The notes below the pieces were generated by a model. That model was not told the DNA's origin. It did no database searches and saw only the letters and a program-made list of their open reading frames with translations. Both the position numbers and the translations under genes were made by a program. From the NCBI GenBank assembly GCA_964019335.1, contig OZ025709.1:310001-374000 (forward strand): a stretch of DNA of 64,000 bases, written 5' to 3'. The stretch's first letter is position 1. Each line of letters opens with the position of its first letter. This DNA is from Diplonema japonicum (taxonomy: Eukaryota > Protista > Euglenozoa: Diplonemea). Below are positions 1 to 11,640 of the stretch, piece by piece.

Positions 1-489
1 TTGGAGCGTTGAAACGATGGCGGTGCACGTTTCAACAGCTTCTCGCCCGCATTTTAAAATCACCCCGTTCCCGGACTTGACCGCCAACGATGCAATCTGC
101 ACTGCGGCATCCGGACGGGCTTCAAAAATTATCCCGAGCACACCTAAGGGAACAGTCTTTCTTTTCAGAACCAATCCTTCAGAAAGCTCTCTGTGGATCT
201 GAACGTGGCCCAGCGGGTCTGCCAGCCGTTTCAGGTCCCTCACACCAGCTACCGATCCTTCAAACTTCCCCCCGTTGAATCCCAACCGGCCCCTCATGGC
301 GTTGGAGACTTCTGAGTCACCTGCTGCCTTGTCCATGTCATGTTTGTTGGCCTCTTCTATCACCGCCCTGTCGCTTTCCAACCCCCTTGCCACCGCTTCA
401 AGAGCATCGTTTCTGGCCTCCAAGCTGCTCACCGCAGTTTGTTTTGCTGACTTGCGGACGAGCTGTGCAAGAGAGCGAACATTTTTCAT
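1..489 (-). CDS. proA: Gamma-glutamyl phosphate reductase (stand-alone ProA), 3'-truncated by window edge
   Basis: Not in the ORF track. Manual translation from ATG 489: MKNVRSLAQL...LADPLGHVQIHRELSEGLVLKRKTVPLGVLGIIFEARPDAAVQIASLAVKSGNGVILKCGREA, matching the ProA VPLGV..IFE.RP...KSGN..ILK motif. Confidence 0.9.
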   Translation of the reverse strand, partial: MKNVRSLAQLVRKSAKQTAVSSLEARNDALEAVARGLESDRAVIEEANKHDMDKAAGDSEVSNAMRGRLGFNGGKFEGSVAGVRDLKRLADPLGHVQIHRELSEGLVLKRKTVPLGVLGIIFEARPDAAVQIASLAVKSGNGVILKCGREAVETCTAIVSTLQ

Positions 490-560
490 TTTCTATTTTT
501 TTTTTGTTCCCCCGTTTCTGGGAGAAGAGTTTTCGGGACGGAAAAAAAAAAAAAATAGAG

Positions 561-596
<36 letters not shown>

Positions 597-717
597 AAAA
601 AAAACTCGTTCAAAGTATATTTACACTTTTTTTCTTTCTTTCTTCTTTTCGTTCTTTTCTTCCCCTCTCCTCCATGTTTTCCAACATTTTCCCACTTTTC
701 CACTTTCCCAAAATCAT

Positions 718-1470
718 TCAGAGCATGAAGGCCAAGTCTGTGTTCGTTTGCCCGTCTCCGAAGTAGTAGTACCCATAAATCGGCGTCGATGGTTTGTGGT
801 ACCAAACCGCACCAGGGTACAACAGAGAAGAACCGAAAATGGTGCCCAACGCGGGATCGAGCTTGAGGGACCAGATGCCCTGCGGGGTGTCTTGTGCGAT
901 GCTTTCATTGATGTCGATAGAAGGAACGGAAGACTCCGACTTGAGAAGCGACGGTTCATAGACGGTATCTTTAAAAGGTCGGTGGAGGTAGGAACTGAGC
1001 CTACCAGCTGCGGAAGGGGGTAAACCTGTGAAGGCAAGGTTCTGTTCTATACTACCGACTTCATTCTTTGAGAAGGCACCCCGTGGGGCTACTGCAACGT
1101 TCCTGTCACAGTCTCGTATGAACACACCAAGCCTCTGTACCTCTCGGACAGCGACACCACCGATAGTGTATCCATAGGCAGGGTCCCCTACAAAGTTTCC
1201 TCGGATCTTCCTGCACACCTCCGAAACGCTCTCATCCACAACCGGTACAAGGTACCACCTGTTGCCGCCATCTGTGCTGTAGAGCCCTGTGCCACCGTCG
1301 CTTCCTTGACATATCAGGTAATCCCCTTGTATACCAATCACCTTTCCCCAAAACTGAACCTCGTCCTTGTACTCATAAGACAGCAGGGGCAACGATCTCT
1401 CTAATGAGGCCACATCCGATGAGGCAAGCCTGTTGCCTTGGTGCCCTAGGAACGAGATTTCGCAGGGCAT
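718..1470 (-). CDS. RSP9: Radial spoke head protein 9 homolog
   Basis: Motifs FWGKVIGIQGDYLI, VAPRGAF, NLAFTGL, GIWSL, SLLYPG and C-terminal YGYYYFGDGQTNTDLAFML typical of RSPH9. Confidence 0.88.
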   Translation of the reverse strand: MPCEISFLGHQGNRLASSDVASLERSLPLLSYEYKDEVQFWGKVIGIQGDYLICQGSDGGTGLYSTDGGNRWYLVPVVDESVSEVCRKIRGNFVGDPAYGYTIGGVAVREVQRLGVFIRDCDRNVAVAPRGAFSKNEVGSIEQNLAFTGLPPSAAGRLSSYLHRPFKDTVYEPSLLKSESSVPSIDINESIAQDTPQGIWSLKLDPALGTIFGSSLLYPGAVWYHKPSTPIYGYYYFGDGQTNTDLAFML

Positions 1471-1933
1471 TTCCTTTTTTTCTTTTCTTTTTCAACCCCA
1501 CCCCAGATTCCCTGGATTTGTAGAATAATTAAGAAACTGGGCGGTGAATGGTGGTGGGGGGGGGGGGGGGGGGGTTGAAAGAGATGCAAATAAAAAAAAA
1601 AGATAAAAAGAAAAAAAAAAAAAAAAAAAAAAAGGGTGTAAATGGAAAGAGACACCCGCTATTGGTGTCACTGGAGGAAAAAAAAAAGTGGGGGGGGGAT
1701 AAAAAACAGAGAGAGTTGTTAATTAAATATTGTACAGCGATGGTTATGATTTTATTTTTTATAGTTTTCTTTTTTTTTTGAGAGGAAATAAAGAGGGGGA
1801 AGAAAGGGGGGGGAAAAAAAAAGCAAAAGAAAAAAAAAGGGGGGAGGGGAAACTAGTCGTGAGGCCTCGACTGAGATTGTGAAATCAATGATTATATATC
1901 TACACGAATATCTCGGGGGAAAAAAAAAAATCT

Positions 1934-4556
1934 TCAAACCACGGACTTGCGGTGAGTGGGTGTCCTCGAAGGGGACTGAACCCAGGTCTGCGGCTTGACA
2001 GCGTGCCTACTCATGTTGGTCCAGGGGACGGAGGCACCTCCTGAGGATTTGTTTACTTGCGTCTCACAGGTTGCAGAAACATCTTCACAACCTTCCACGG
2101 TGAAGCCATGGTTGCTGGCGTAGCTGAAGGACTCGATGGTGGCAGAGGTGGGGGTCAGAATACGGGTGTTGCAAGGTTGCGAAGTCATGTAAGCCAGCAC
2201 AAGGTCGGCTCTGTTCGAGGAATACTCACATTCTTCACCCGGATGGCCCCTCAGGATGACAAAATACTTCTCACCTCCCATCAGCTGGAAGTACCCGTCA
2301 AAATCACATTCCACACCAACCTCGAACGCCTCCACACTGTGAGCATACATGAACACCCCATTGTTGCTCAAGGCCACAGGCACTGTCTTTGAACCGTCCT
2401 CGTCCATTTTCACCACCTCCACCCTTAAGGCGCTGTAATTTAGCCTGGGATCGCCTTCGGGCAGACCTCTCTTGTGAGGCTGTACTACCCATGCCAACGC
2501 ATCCATGTCCCTGTCAGGGGACAGTTCGATTATGTGTCTTGGCATGTTTTGTGTCAAACCGGTCTGTGTTTGTGTTAAGAAAAAAAATGGGGGGGGGATA
2601 CCTTGACCCTCACGTCCCACCAATCAAGGTTCACGAAGCATGCCCCGCAATGCCCAAACATTCTTTGGGCATCCTGTTTTTTTTATTTCTTTTTGTTACT
2701 TTGTCTTCTTACCTTGATCTCCATCCACCATGTTCCATCGTTTTGTGCCGTGCCCTCGCCGTCTTTCCCTGTGGCGTCCAAAAGCGTTTTGGTGGCTTCA
2801 TCGGTTCCAGTCCTTTTCATTTTTTTTCATATCCCCTCCCTCTTTATCCATACCAAACTGGGTCGTCGTCTCTGAAGGACCCTGTCCATTCCTTCCCGGT
2901 TCCCCAAGGGTTCCTCACCTTGGCGATTTGGTATACTTCACCAGGGGACTTCTCCCAAGCATAGACCTGGAGGATCGTGTAGGCGTGACCGGATACGAGG
3001 CCTTGCTCTGCGTAGGCCTTGGCCTTGGCTTCGTCTTCTCCGTTTGTAGCACCGTTTAGAGTGGTGTCGACTCCCGGAGATGTGATGAAGATGCAGTGTT
3101 TCTGTTCATCGTGGTACTGGAGGAGGTTAAAGACACTGGCAGTGTCCGCGGAGAGGTCAATAGCACGGGAGGGGTACCCCGTCAGGTCGGACAACCCAAC
3201 TGCCGGATCGCCGCTGGAAATATTGTCATAGTTCCCATGGATTTTTGCGTAGGCCTTCTCGATCAGAGAGACCCAAAGTTCATTCGGCTGTTCTTTGTTG
3301 TGGGCGAAACACGGCCCTGTCGGCTGTGGGACAGCATGGCAAGGAAGGTAGCCGTCGACCACATACCAGTTAACCCATCCGTTCTTGGCAAGCCTGATGT
3401 GGTATACATTCGCTTCGGAATATTTCACGACTTCCGCGTTTTCCTTGAACAAAGGGATGATGAGGTCTGCTGGGAACTCCGCACATGCCGCCAGGGCAGC
3501 CATGAACCAACAGTCGCCAAGCACACCTTGATCGATGTCTCCTGGTGAAATAGCGGACGAGTCGGTTCCCTTCACGAACAATGCGGGTTCAAGCCCAGGC
3601 GGGAGGTAGTTCGACGGTTTTACCCAACATTTCGGGCGGCCTTGAACATTGACAGAAGAGTCTGTCGGGGGGAACGACATGTCAACGAATTGTGTGTCGT
3701 TGTCTCTGCTGGGGTGGTCGAGCACTGAATCGGCCAGGGCGTGGTTGATCTTATAGTCGTAGTCAAGAGCATAAGCGGGTGGGATCGAACTCACGTTGAT
3801 GTTCTTTTCTTCAGCGATGGCTCTCATCAGTTGATAGTCGTCTTCGAGTTTCGTGGCAACCTTTGCAGCAACCTTCTTCATGTACTCTTCATCCGTGACT
3901 GCACCTGTGCAGTATGACAGCGAGTATGCTCCCGTCCATGTGTGGTCATCGATGCCTTCTGCGACGGGTACCGTTTCACCGGGGAACAATGTAGCGGAAT
4001 AAAATTCTGTTTCCTCGCTGTACGTCGGCGGTGTCACCCCGAGAGCCTCGGCGGCTTCAACTGAAGGGCGCATGACGCATTCTGGGAGCTTGATGTTCAT
4101 CGTGATCTGGAGGTTGTCGGTGTTGTTGAAAAACGCTAGCTTGCTGTTATCCTTCTTCCACATGAGAAAGCAAACTTTTTTCCCGTCTGTGATGTCTTTT
4201 TCCTTGCATGAATCTTCCGCGTTTTCCGGATCCCATCCGGCGGCACGTTTTTGCGGTCTGTGCTCGTACTCTTCCGAAACAGGGCGTTCTTTCTCCTTTA
4301 TCTTTATCTCTCTCGAGACGCTCGTCTTTCTCTTCTCTTTCCCCGCCGGTTTTTTTGACGGCGGTGGTGATGACTGCTTTTCCCCATTATCGACAGGTTT
4401 CTTCTCCTCCTTGATCTTTACGTCCACATCTTTCGTCTCAACCGGTTCAGGTTCTTCCTTCTTTGTTTCCTCTTCCTCCTGTCTCAACTCTGTTTTTCTG
4501 GGCTGCTCCTTTCTTGTTGGGGGTGGGGCGGTGTCTTGGCTGCAACAATTTCCCAT
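1934..4556 (-). CDS. Calpain-family cysteine peptidase with N-terminal acylation motif and DUF1935-like domain; 3 introns (2813-2853, 2674-2712, 2564-2601)
   Basis: MGNCCS N-terminus; AFFNNT...LFPGETVP DUF1935-like segment; QGVLGDCWF, SGHAYT, RNPWG catalytic motifs. Removing three GT-AG introns joins ORFs 2844-4556 and 1934-2623 and restores NDGTWWMEIKD. Confidence 0.88.
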
Positions 4557-4612
4557 TTTTTAGTTTTTGTATGTGTAGAGGAAATCTGGTGTAGTGGTAA
4601 TTATAAAAAAAG

Positions 4613-4685
4613 AACCCCGTGCGGGACTTGAACCCGCAACCTTTGGATTCGAAGTCCAACGCGCTATCCATTGCGCCAACGGGGC
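4613..4685 (-). tRNA. tRNA-Arg(TCG)
   Basis: GCCCCGT/ACGGGGT acceptor stem, TTGGA-CT-TCG-AA-TCCAA anticodon arm, GGTTCAAGTCC T arm, downstream T-run terminator. Confidence 0.95.
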
Positions 4686-4799
4686 TGCTGATTTATTTTG
4701 GGGTGATTTTAATGAACGTGGGAGAAGATGCCACACTAGAGCAGAAGCAAGCCACAACTCAAGCCACATTTCTCCAAACTTAGGGTCAAGTTAGAAGTT

Positions 4800-4845
<46 letters not shown>

Positions 4846-4868
4846 ATATAGGATAGGCGAGGTGTGGG

Positions 4869-5477
4869 TTACTTTTTGTAATTATAATTCCGTATAACCG
4901 TTTTCCCTTTCGTCGACAGGACTCTCGGCTCGCTCGTGCTGCGGGTAGTTGTTTTCTTAGGCGCGCTGGTGCTCCGCGCCCTCCCCGTTGGAGGCATCTT
5001 TCGTTTTTGAAGTTCTTTCTTGATATCGAAGATAAGGTGCGGGTTCATCTCGGCAACAGGCTCCACCGCTACGGGGCGGGAAAGCACGGATGAAGCCGTG
5101 AACAGGACAGGGGGTGGTTTTGTCACCGTCTCTGTCGGCCTGTGCTGTTTGTTTGAAATGTCAAGCAGCACGTCTCGTTCCTTCAGCGCGCCTGTATGCG
5201 CCTCGTATACTCGCAAAACCTCTTTCTTCAGCGCCGAGACCATTTTTTCACTTTCCTTATACTTGCTGCTGTACACCTTTGCCCTCGCCTTGTACTTTGA
5301 CACCAGCTTGATCGCTTCCATATTGCTGCTTTTTCGGAGCTCCTCATTGTCTTTCTCCAGCTCGTGGATACGCGCATCTCGCTCAGCAAGTATTTCCAAG
5401 TTGTGTTTATACCCTTCCGTGAGCTTCTTTATGTGAAGGGTGAGCTTCTTAATGACAGCAGCGTCACTGGGCTCCAT
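4869..5477 (-). CDS. Hypothetical coiled-coil protein (start MEPSDAAV)
   Basis: Protein-like heptad-rich part of ORF 4869-5795; the upstream portion of that ORF is homopolymer junk overlapping the next gene. Confidence 0.6.
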   Translation of the reverse strand: MEPSDAAVIKKLTLHIKKLTEGYKHNLEILAERDARIHELEKDNEELRKSSNMEAIKLVSKYKARAKVYSSKYKESEKMVSALKKEVLRVYEAHTGALKERDVLLDISNKQHRPTETVTKPPPVLFTASSVLSRPVAVEPVAEMNPHLIFDIKKELQKRKMPPTGRARSTSAPKKTTTRSTSEPRVLSTKGKTVIRNYNYKK

Positions 5478-5586
5478 TTCCACCCCCTCCTTTTTCTTTT
5501 TTTTTTGTTGTCGATTTTGAAAAAAAAAAGTCGGGGCGGGTCTCCCTTTTTGTTCTTCGTAAAAAAAAAATTTTTTTTTTCTCCCT

Positions 5587-6735
5587 TTAACTTGTTCTTT
5601 CCCTCCGCTTCCCTTTTTTTTTTCCCCTCTTCCCCCACTCGTTCCGTTTTGCTGTTTTCCACATTTTTTCCACCTGCCGTGCTTTCTCGTCCATCCCACC
5701 TGATTTGAGCGTTCTCGCTGTTGTCTCCATGAACTCCTTGCAGGTGAAGGCAAGATACCCTTCGGCAAGTGCAATATTAAACACCCATGAGGCACGACCG
5801 GGGTGGCGAGAGAAAGATGCGATCCGCGCGTAAGTCAGGAAGACAGACGGCGTCAACCGGAGGGAAGGGAAGAGGAGCTGCGCGGTCGAGGCACAGTGTG
5901 GAGAGGTCGGGGCGTGCTTCAACAAGAGCTGGAGGCAAACCCACGGGGGCGGCGCATACTCCAAAGATGGGTTCCCATTGTACACCCTGCGCACTGTTGA
6001 AACCTGTTCCCTGCCCGTTTTTGCGCTGAAAAACCGCACGAGTTCGGTTCCAACATATGGGGTTAATTCCGTATATGGAGGCGGGTGCTTGTGGATCAAC
6101 GTGATCGCAAGCTGCAATGAGATGGGAATCTTCATTTCCCGTAGTTTTTCCACGGTTTTTTGCAGGTTTTGGCTTTTTGCCGCAAGGTATTCCCCTGTGA
6201 TTTCCGACAGCCCCCTGCATCCAGAACTCGTCATTTTTTGAAAAACCTTGTCCGCGGTATCCATGTCGCTGTGGGCCAACAAGGCCTTTAAAACGGCTTC
6301 ATAGACACGGGTTGTGGGCCCGCATTGGGTTTCCCGCAGGATTTTTGCGATTTCTTCCCTTACGGGGCCGTTGGGTTTCCTCCCCTTCCTGCTGAGGTCC
6401 ATGATTTTTTCCACCAGGGCCGGTGGGGTGTCCCAGTGCTTTTCTATCATTTTGTTCCAAATGGCTGTTGCGGTCGGGCTCGAACCGTGGCCTGTTTTTA
6501 TCGCGATCACGAGACCGCAAAGGAAGGTTTTCTGGTGTTTTATATAGCTTTCATCTTTTTGGATTATCGCCCAGTCATGTTGAAAGCCTTTGAACACCTG
6601 CGACGACGCCCTGGGATCGCCTCTCAGCTGGGTTAAATACCTGTTTTTGAGGTACCAGCAAGTGTCACTATCAGGCCATATTGCGCCCTTCTTTTCAAAC
6701 TTCAGGGAGAGGGGTCGAAAATTCCGCAGGTGCAT
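5587..6735 (-). CDS. Pentatricopeptide-repeat-like protein, possibly mitochondrial
   Basis: 382-aa ORF; PPR-like VYEAVLKALLAHSDMDTADKVFQKMTSSG; basic N-terminus. Confidence 0.55.
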   Translation of the reverse strand: MHLRNFRPLSLKFEKKGAIWPDSDTCWYLKNRYLTQLRGDPRASSQVFKGFQHDWAIIQKDESYIKHQKTFLCGLVIAIKTGHGSSPTATAIWNKMIEKHWDTPPALVEKIMDLSRKGRKPNGPVREEIAKILRETQCGPTTRVYEAVLKALLAHSDMDTADKVFQKMTSSGCRGLSEITGEYLAAKSQNLQKTVEKLREMKIPISLQLAITLIHKHPPPYTELTPYVGTELVRFFSAKTGREQVSTVRRVYNGNPSLEYAPPPWVCLQLLLKHAPTSPHCASTAQLLFPSLRLTPSVFLTYARIASFSRHPGRASWVFNIALAEGYLAFTCKEFMETTARTLKSGGMDEKARQVEKMWKTAKRNEWGKRGKKKGKRRERTS

Positions 6736-6796
6736 TTTCCCCCTCCCTTTTTTTTTTCCCTCTCTGATGTTTAGAACAAGAAAAAAAATGACTATT

Positions 6797-7400
6797 TATT
6801 AAATAAAAATCAGATTACCGATTTTACGAGGAATTTTTTTTTTTTTTTTTTTCACGAGTAGTTGAATTTCACGAGCGAAGCGAGTGAAATTCAAAAAAAA
6901 AAAAACGAGTGAAAAAAAAAAAAAAAAAAATTCCGAGTAAAAATTTGGCTGATTTTTATTTAATATGATATTTTATTTAATTTTTGTAAAGTTAAATGAG
7001 GGAATTTCGGACACTTGTGAACCCTACATGTTCACTTCTGCGAAATGTTCACACTGATGTCAAAACTAAGCAGAAAAGAACGCCTGTATGCATGGCCAGT
7101 GTAATTTTCGGCATTTGCCGGCCTCAGGTGTGATGCTTGGTGGCTCGGAAACCTGGTAAAGTGTGTTTATGCCTCAGATACCTGGCTGTGTTTTGGGCAG
7201 GTTGGGTTACGTCTCATATTTTGCGAACCAGTTAATTTATATGTCGAGTGACGTATTTATGGCACTTTTTAAAGCCAAATTCGGCCTATTACTTTACATT
7301 TATGGTCCACTATATTTTTACACGCGAACGGTAAAGTGATTTCTGATTTTTATGGCTCTTTAGAAATTTCCTCATGTAACTTTACAAAATTAAGTAAAAT

Positions 7401-7401
<1 letters not shown>
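6797..7401. mobile_element. Non-autonomous hairpin + inverted-repeat element (Crypton/MITE-like)
   Basis: Palindromic block TATTAAATAAAAATCAG...CTGATTTTTATTTAATA (6797-6965) centred on CACGAGCGAAGCGAGTG, followed by a module bounded by ~40-bp inverted repeats (6969-7008 / 7363-7401). Confidence 0.6.
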
Positions 7402-7438
<37 letters not shown>

Positions 7439-7480
7439 AGACATTTAAGGGTACCTGCGGTATGTGGCAGGACACCTAAA
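7439..7480. repeat. ~42-bp dispersed repeat, second copy at 61031-61073
   Basis: AGACATTTAAGGGTACCTGCGGTATGT(G/A)GCAGGAC(A/G)CCT at both loci. Confidence 0.8.
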
Positions 7481-8504
7481 AAAAAAATATACGGGGGGGG
7501 GGAAAGGAAAAGAAAAAAGGGAGGTGGGTGGGAGGGAGAAGGAAAGTTAGGAAAGTAGAAAAAAAAAAAAAGGCGAGAGAAAGAATGAATGGAAAAAAAA
7601 GGGGGGGGAAGAACAATATAAAAAAGAAAGAAAGATGAGAGGAAACCATTTTTTTTTTTGTGTTTTTTTTTTTGTTTGGAAGAGAGGAAGATAAAAAAAA
7701 AAAATAAAGTGGGGAGAAGGGAAGAAAATGGAAAAAGGAAAAAAAGAGGGGTATTTTTTTTTTCTTTTCTTCTTCTTCTTTCTTGCCATGGGGCAGTATT
7801 GTAGGCAATGAGGCACACAAAGAGAACTAGGCGCACTTGGTGCACCTCTAATGGCAGAATTTCCTTCCCCTCTCCCCTCTTTTTTTTTTCTTTTCTTCTA
7901 AGGAGCCACAGGTGTGGGTAACAAAGATGAGTGAGACAAAGGGGGAAAGATAGAAATAAAAAAAAAGAGGGAGGGAGGAATAAAAAAAAAATAATTAAAA
8001 GAAAATAATAGGTATGAAAACAACCCACTCCGGGAGGAGTACCCTTTCTGGCGAAACAAAAAAAAAAGATCACATTTAAAAAAAGGGGGGGGGTGTTTTT
8101 CGGTTTTCGCAAGGATTGGAGGGGGGGGTGCCCCTCTCTTTGTATTCTTTTTTTTCTTTCTTCTTTCTAAAATACTTCTCTCCCCTCTCTTGTTTTTTTT
8201 TTTTTTTTTTCTTTCTTTTTTTTTTATCATGACGTCTCCGCGGTACATTTAATTAAAAAAAAGGAAACGAAAAAAAAAGGGGGGTAAGTTGGTGTAAGCA
8301 AGGGGATGAAAAAAAAAGGGAAGTGAAAGGAAAGTGGTACCTCCCCCGACTCTTCCCTTTCCCCCTTCTTAAAAAAAAATATCCAATGACACCAACTCTC
8401 TTATGAAATGGGGGGGGGGGGGGGGCGAATAAAGAGGGTAAAAAAAAAAAAAAAAAAAAAACACAGCCAAACATTATTGAATAACTACCTCTTTTTTTCT
8501 TCCC

Positions 8505-8536
<32 letters not shown>

Positions 8537-9354
8537 GCGTTCTTTTTTTCTTCTTTTTTTTTTTTTTTTCCCCTTTTAAACTATACTCACAGCATCACAC
8601 GGAATACTGCTATCCCGTGTTGTAAAGAAAGTTTTTTTTTTTTTTTTTTTTTTTTTTTCTTGTGTGTGCAAGCCATAAAGCCAAAAGTGTTTTCTGGCAT
8701 AAGTTGAAAACATCAAGGGGGGAAAAAAAAAAAAAGAAGAAAGAACAAGAGGGCATGCATGGTGTTTTGTGAGGGCCACAGGGAAAAGAAAAAGGAAGAT
8801 ATAAAAGAAAAAAGAAAAAATGGGGGAGTTAAATTTTTCTTTTTTTCTTCTTCCGGGCTCTACTTATTATTATTCTTTTTTTTTTTTTTTTTTTACCATG
8901 TTGGTTTTCCCTTCTTTTCCATCCTTTCCGTCTTCCCCTCTCCCTTCTCTTCCTCTTCTTTCCTCTAAGACATGAGCAGGAAAGGAAAGAAACAGAAGTA
9001 GAAAAAAAAATAAGAAACAAAAAGGGATAAATAACGGTAGGCATGGAAAAGAACTGCGGTTGGTGCAGGCAAGTGAGTGTGAAGATTGTGTTTTTGACCT
9101 TCCTTTTTTTTTTTTTTTTTTTTTAAATCACTGGCATATTCACCCGGCCAATGATGGGGAAGAGGGAACAATTAGTAAACTTCCCTTCTACTTTGCAAAC
9201 TGGTTTGGAATGTAGTTTTATTTGATTTTTCTTTTTGATTTTTGCTTTTTTTTTTTTTTTTATATATTAAAAAACTGATTCCTAGAAAGAAGAGAAAGCA
9301 TTAGGGTGGGCCATGCTCCTGGTTTTCTTTTCTTTTCTTTTTTCCACTTTCTTA

Positions 9355-9385
<31 letters not shown>

Positions 9386-11120
9386 GCTAATAGAAGTCAA
9401 AAAAAAACCCCTTTTAACCCCCCTTTAACATAAGTGTGGGGAGGGACCAAGGGGTGGGGCAGTGGGGAATAAAGAAACAAAAAAAAAAAAAAAAAAAAAA
9501 AAAAAGAAAAAAAAGGATAAAGAATAGAAAAAGAAAGTGTTTTCTTCTTCTTTTCTCAAAAAGAAAAAAAAAAAAAAATGATTCCATTTTTTTTTTTTTT
9601 CCTTTTTTTTTTCTCTTTTCTTTTTTTTTTTCTTCTTCCTTTCCTCCTCTTTTCATTGTTTATTCCCTCCTGTGCCCCTCTTTTTTCCTTTTTTTTAAAA
9701 AATGGAGCTAAGTACACCAGCAAGGGTGAGAATTCTCAACAATTTTTTTTTTTTTTTGAGTGGGAGAAGGGGACTTCAAGCCATCAGGCACCCATGGGAG
9801 TTCCCCCCCCTCCCAGTTTTTCTTTCCCCTTTTTCTTTCGTTTATAATTTTTCTTCTTTGAATTAAATCCTAAAATCTTTATAAGTTTTTTTTTCTTCTT
9901 TTTTTCCTTCCTTTTTGTTTTTGTTCTCTTCTTTTTCTCCTTTTTCGTTATTTCTAAAAAAAATATTTAAAAAAAAAAAAGGGACACATTTAAAAGGGAG
10001 GGGAAGGGAGCATTTCTTTTGAGGGCTGGGAGGGGGAATAGGGAGTAACATTAAAAAAAATAAATAATAAAAACAAAAACAAAAAATAAAAATAACTAAC
10101 TGAACATCTGTTGGGTTTTTTTCTATCCCCCTTTTTTTTCCTGATTTTGATATTTTTCTTCTTAAAAAAAGCTTTTATTTCCAAAAAAACCCCCCTTTGG
10201 CAATCAGAGGTCAGAGAGAACAAGTAACTGACCATATTAACCATTTTCCTTGCTCCAGAAACCAGGAGGAGAGAAAAAAAAAATTTTTTTTTTACCTCTG
10301 GGAGGGAGAAATAATCAAGACATAGCTTTTTATTTATTTATTTTCTTTTTTTACTTTCTTTATCTCAAATATTTGAGCACTTTAAAAAAAAAAAAAGAAA
10401 AAAAAAAAAACGAAAAAACACATCACAAACAAAGGACCACATACATTAAAAAAGAATTTCTTTTTTTTCTCTCACTCTCTTTTTCTTCCAGTGATTTCAA
10501 AATCAAAAAGGAGAAGGGGGGGCGGGGGCGTGGGGCGTAAAATAAGGTGCACCAAGTCAACAACGGTCTCGTAAAGGCGCCATTAATTTATGGCTCAATA
10601 AACTTGGAGTGAGTTTTTGTTCAGTGTCCCTATTTCTTGCGGTAGGTAGGAAAGAAGAAAAAAAAAGAAAAAGAAAAAAAGAATGGTATCCTTTGCAGTT
10701 TTTCTTTTTTTTTCCCCCCCTTTCATTGGTACTTACAATAAATATTTCATCATTAAAAAGAAAAGAAAAGAAAAAAAAAGGGGGGAGGGGGAATTCGACT
10801 TTTTGCACTTCTGAAAATTTCTGTTTGGCTAACAAGCAACAGAACGCTTCCCCTCTACCCCCCTTTTTTTATTCTTACGTTTTCCCTTATAAATTATAGC
10901 TCAAATTTTGCACTATCCACAGGTTTTTTTTCTTTTTTCTTTTTTTTTTTTTTTTTTTTTTTTTGACAGCCAGTATTGTTAATACAAAATTTGGGGGGGG
11001 GGGGGAGTTACTATTGGAAAAAAGAGAAGAAGAAAAGTAAAAATATAAGTATGCATAATGTAAACCTTTTAATCTTTTTTTTTTTATCTCGGAATGAGGG
11101 GGGTGTTTCTGTGAGAAAGG

Positions 11121-11153
<33 letters not shown>

Positions 11154-11449
11154 AAAAAAAAAAGGAACACATTTATTTCTTCAGAGCGAAACGGAGAGGG
11201 GTAAAAAAAGAAAAATTGAGATTTTACCTTGAGGATGTCCTCTTTTTTTCTTTTTTTTTTTCCTTCTTTTTTCCGGGAAATAATTAAGAGGTTTACAAAA
11301 AAGCCGTGTAGTTGCACTTCTAACGAAACGGAAAATTTCCATATTCCGAAATTAATTTTCCGCCACTTTGTTCCATTGATTCCGTAATTTTTTTTTTTTT
11401 AAACCTAAATGAGCCAGAACAAAAAAAAAAAAAAAAAAAGAAAAAGAAA

Positions 11450-11640
11450 AAAAAATCCGTTCCATATATCAGTCCAAATGCGGCTGCCGGGTTTGAGATT
11501 ATTATGTACTGTGAAAATTAAACCTTTTGTACCTTCCCCCCCGGACTTTTGGCCTGAGAGAAAGTTTTGGAAGGTAAAGACAAAGGTGTCAACAATATGC
11601 GGGCTAAGTTCTCTCCTCTCCACAAGCAGTGGTTTCTTGG
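11450..11640 (-). pseudogene. Merlin/IS1595-family transposase remnant
   Basis: VERR...GLIFTVHNNLKPGSRIWTDIWNG resembles the IS1595/Merlin 'i.pGs.I.TD.w' catalytic-Asp motif; short and degraded. Confidence 0.45.
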
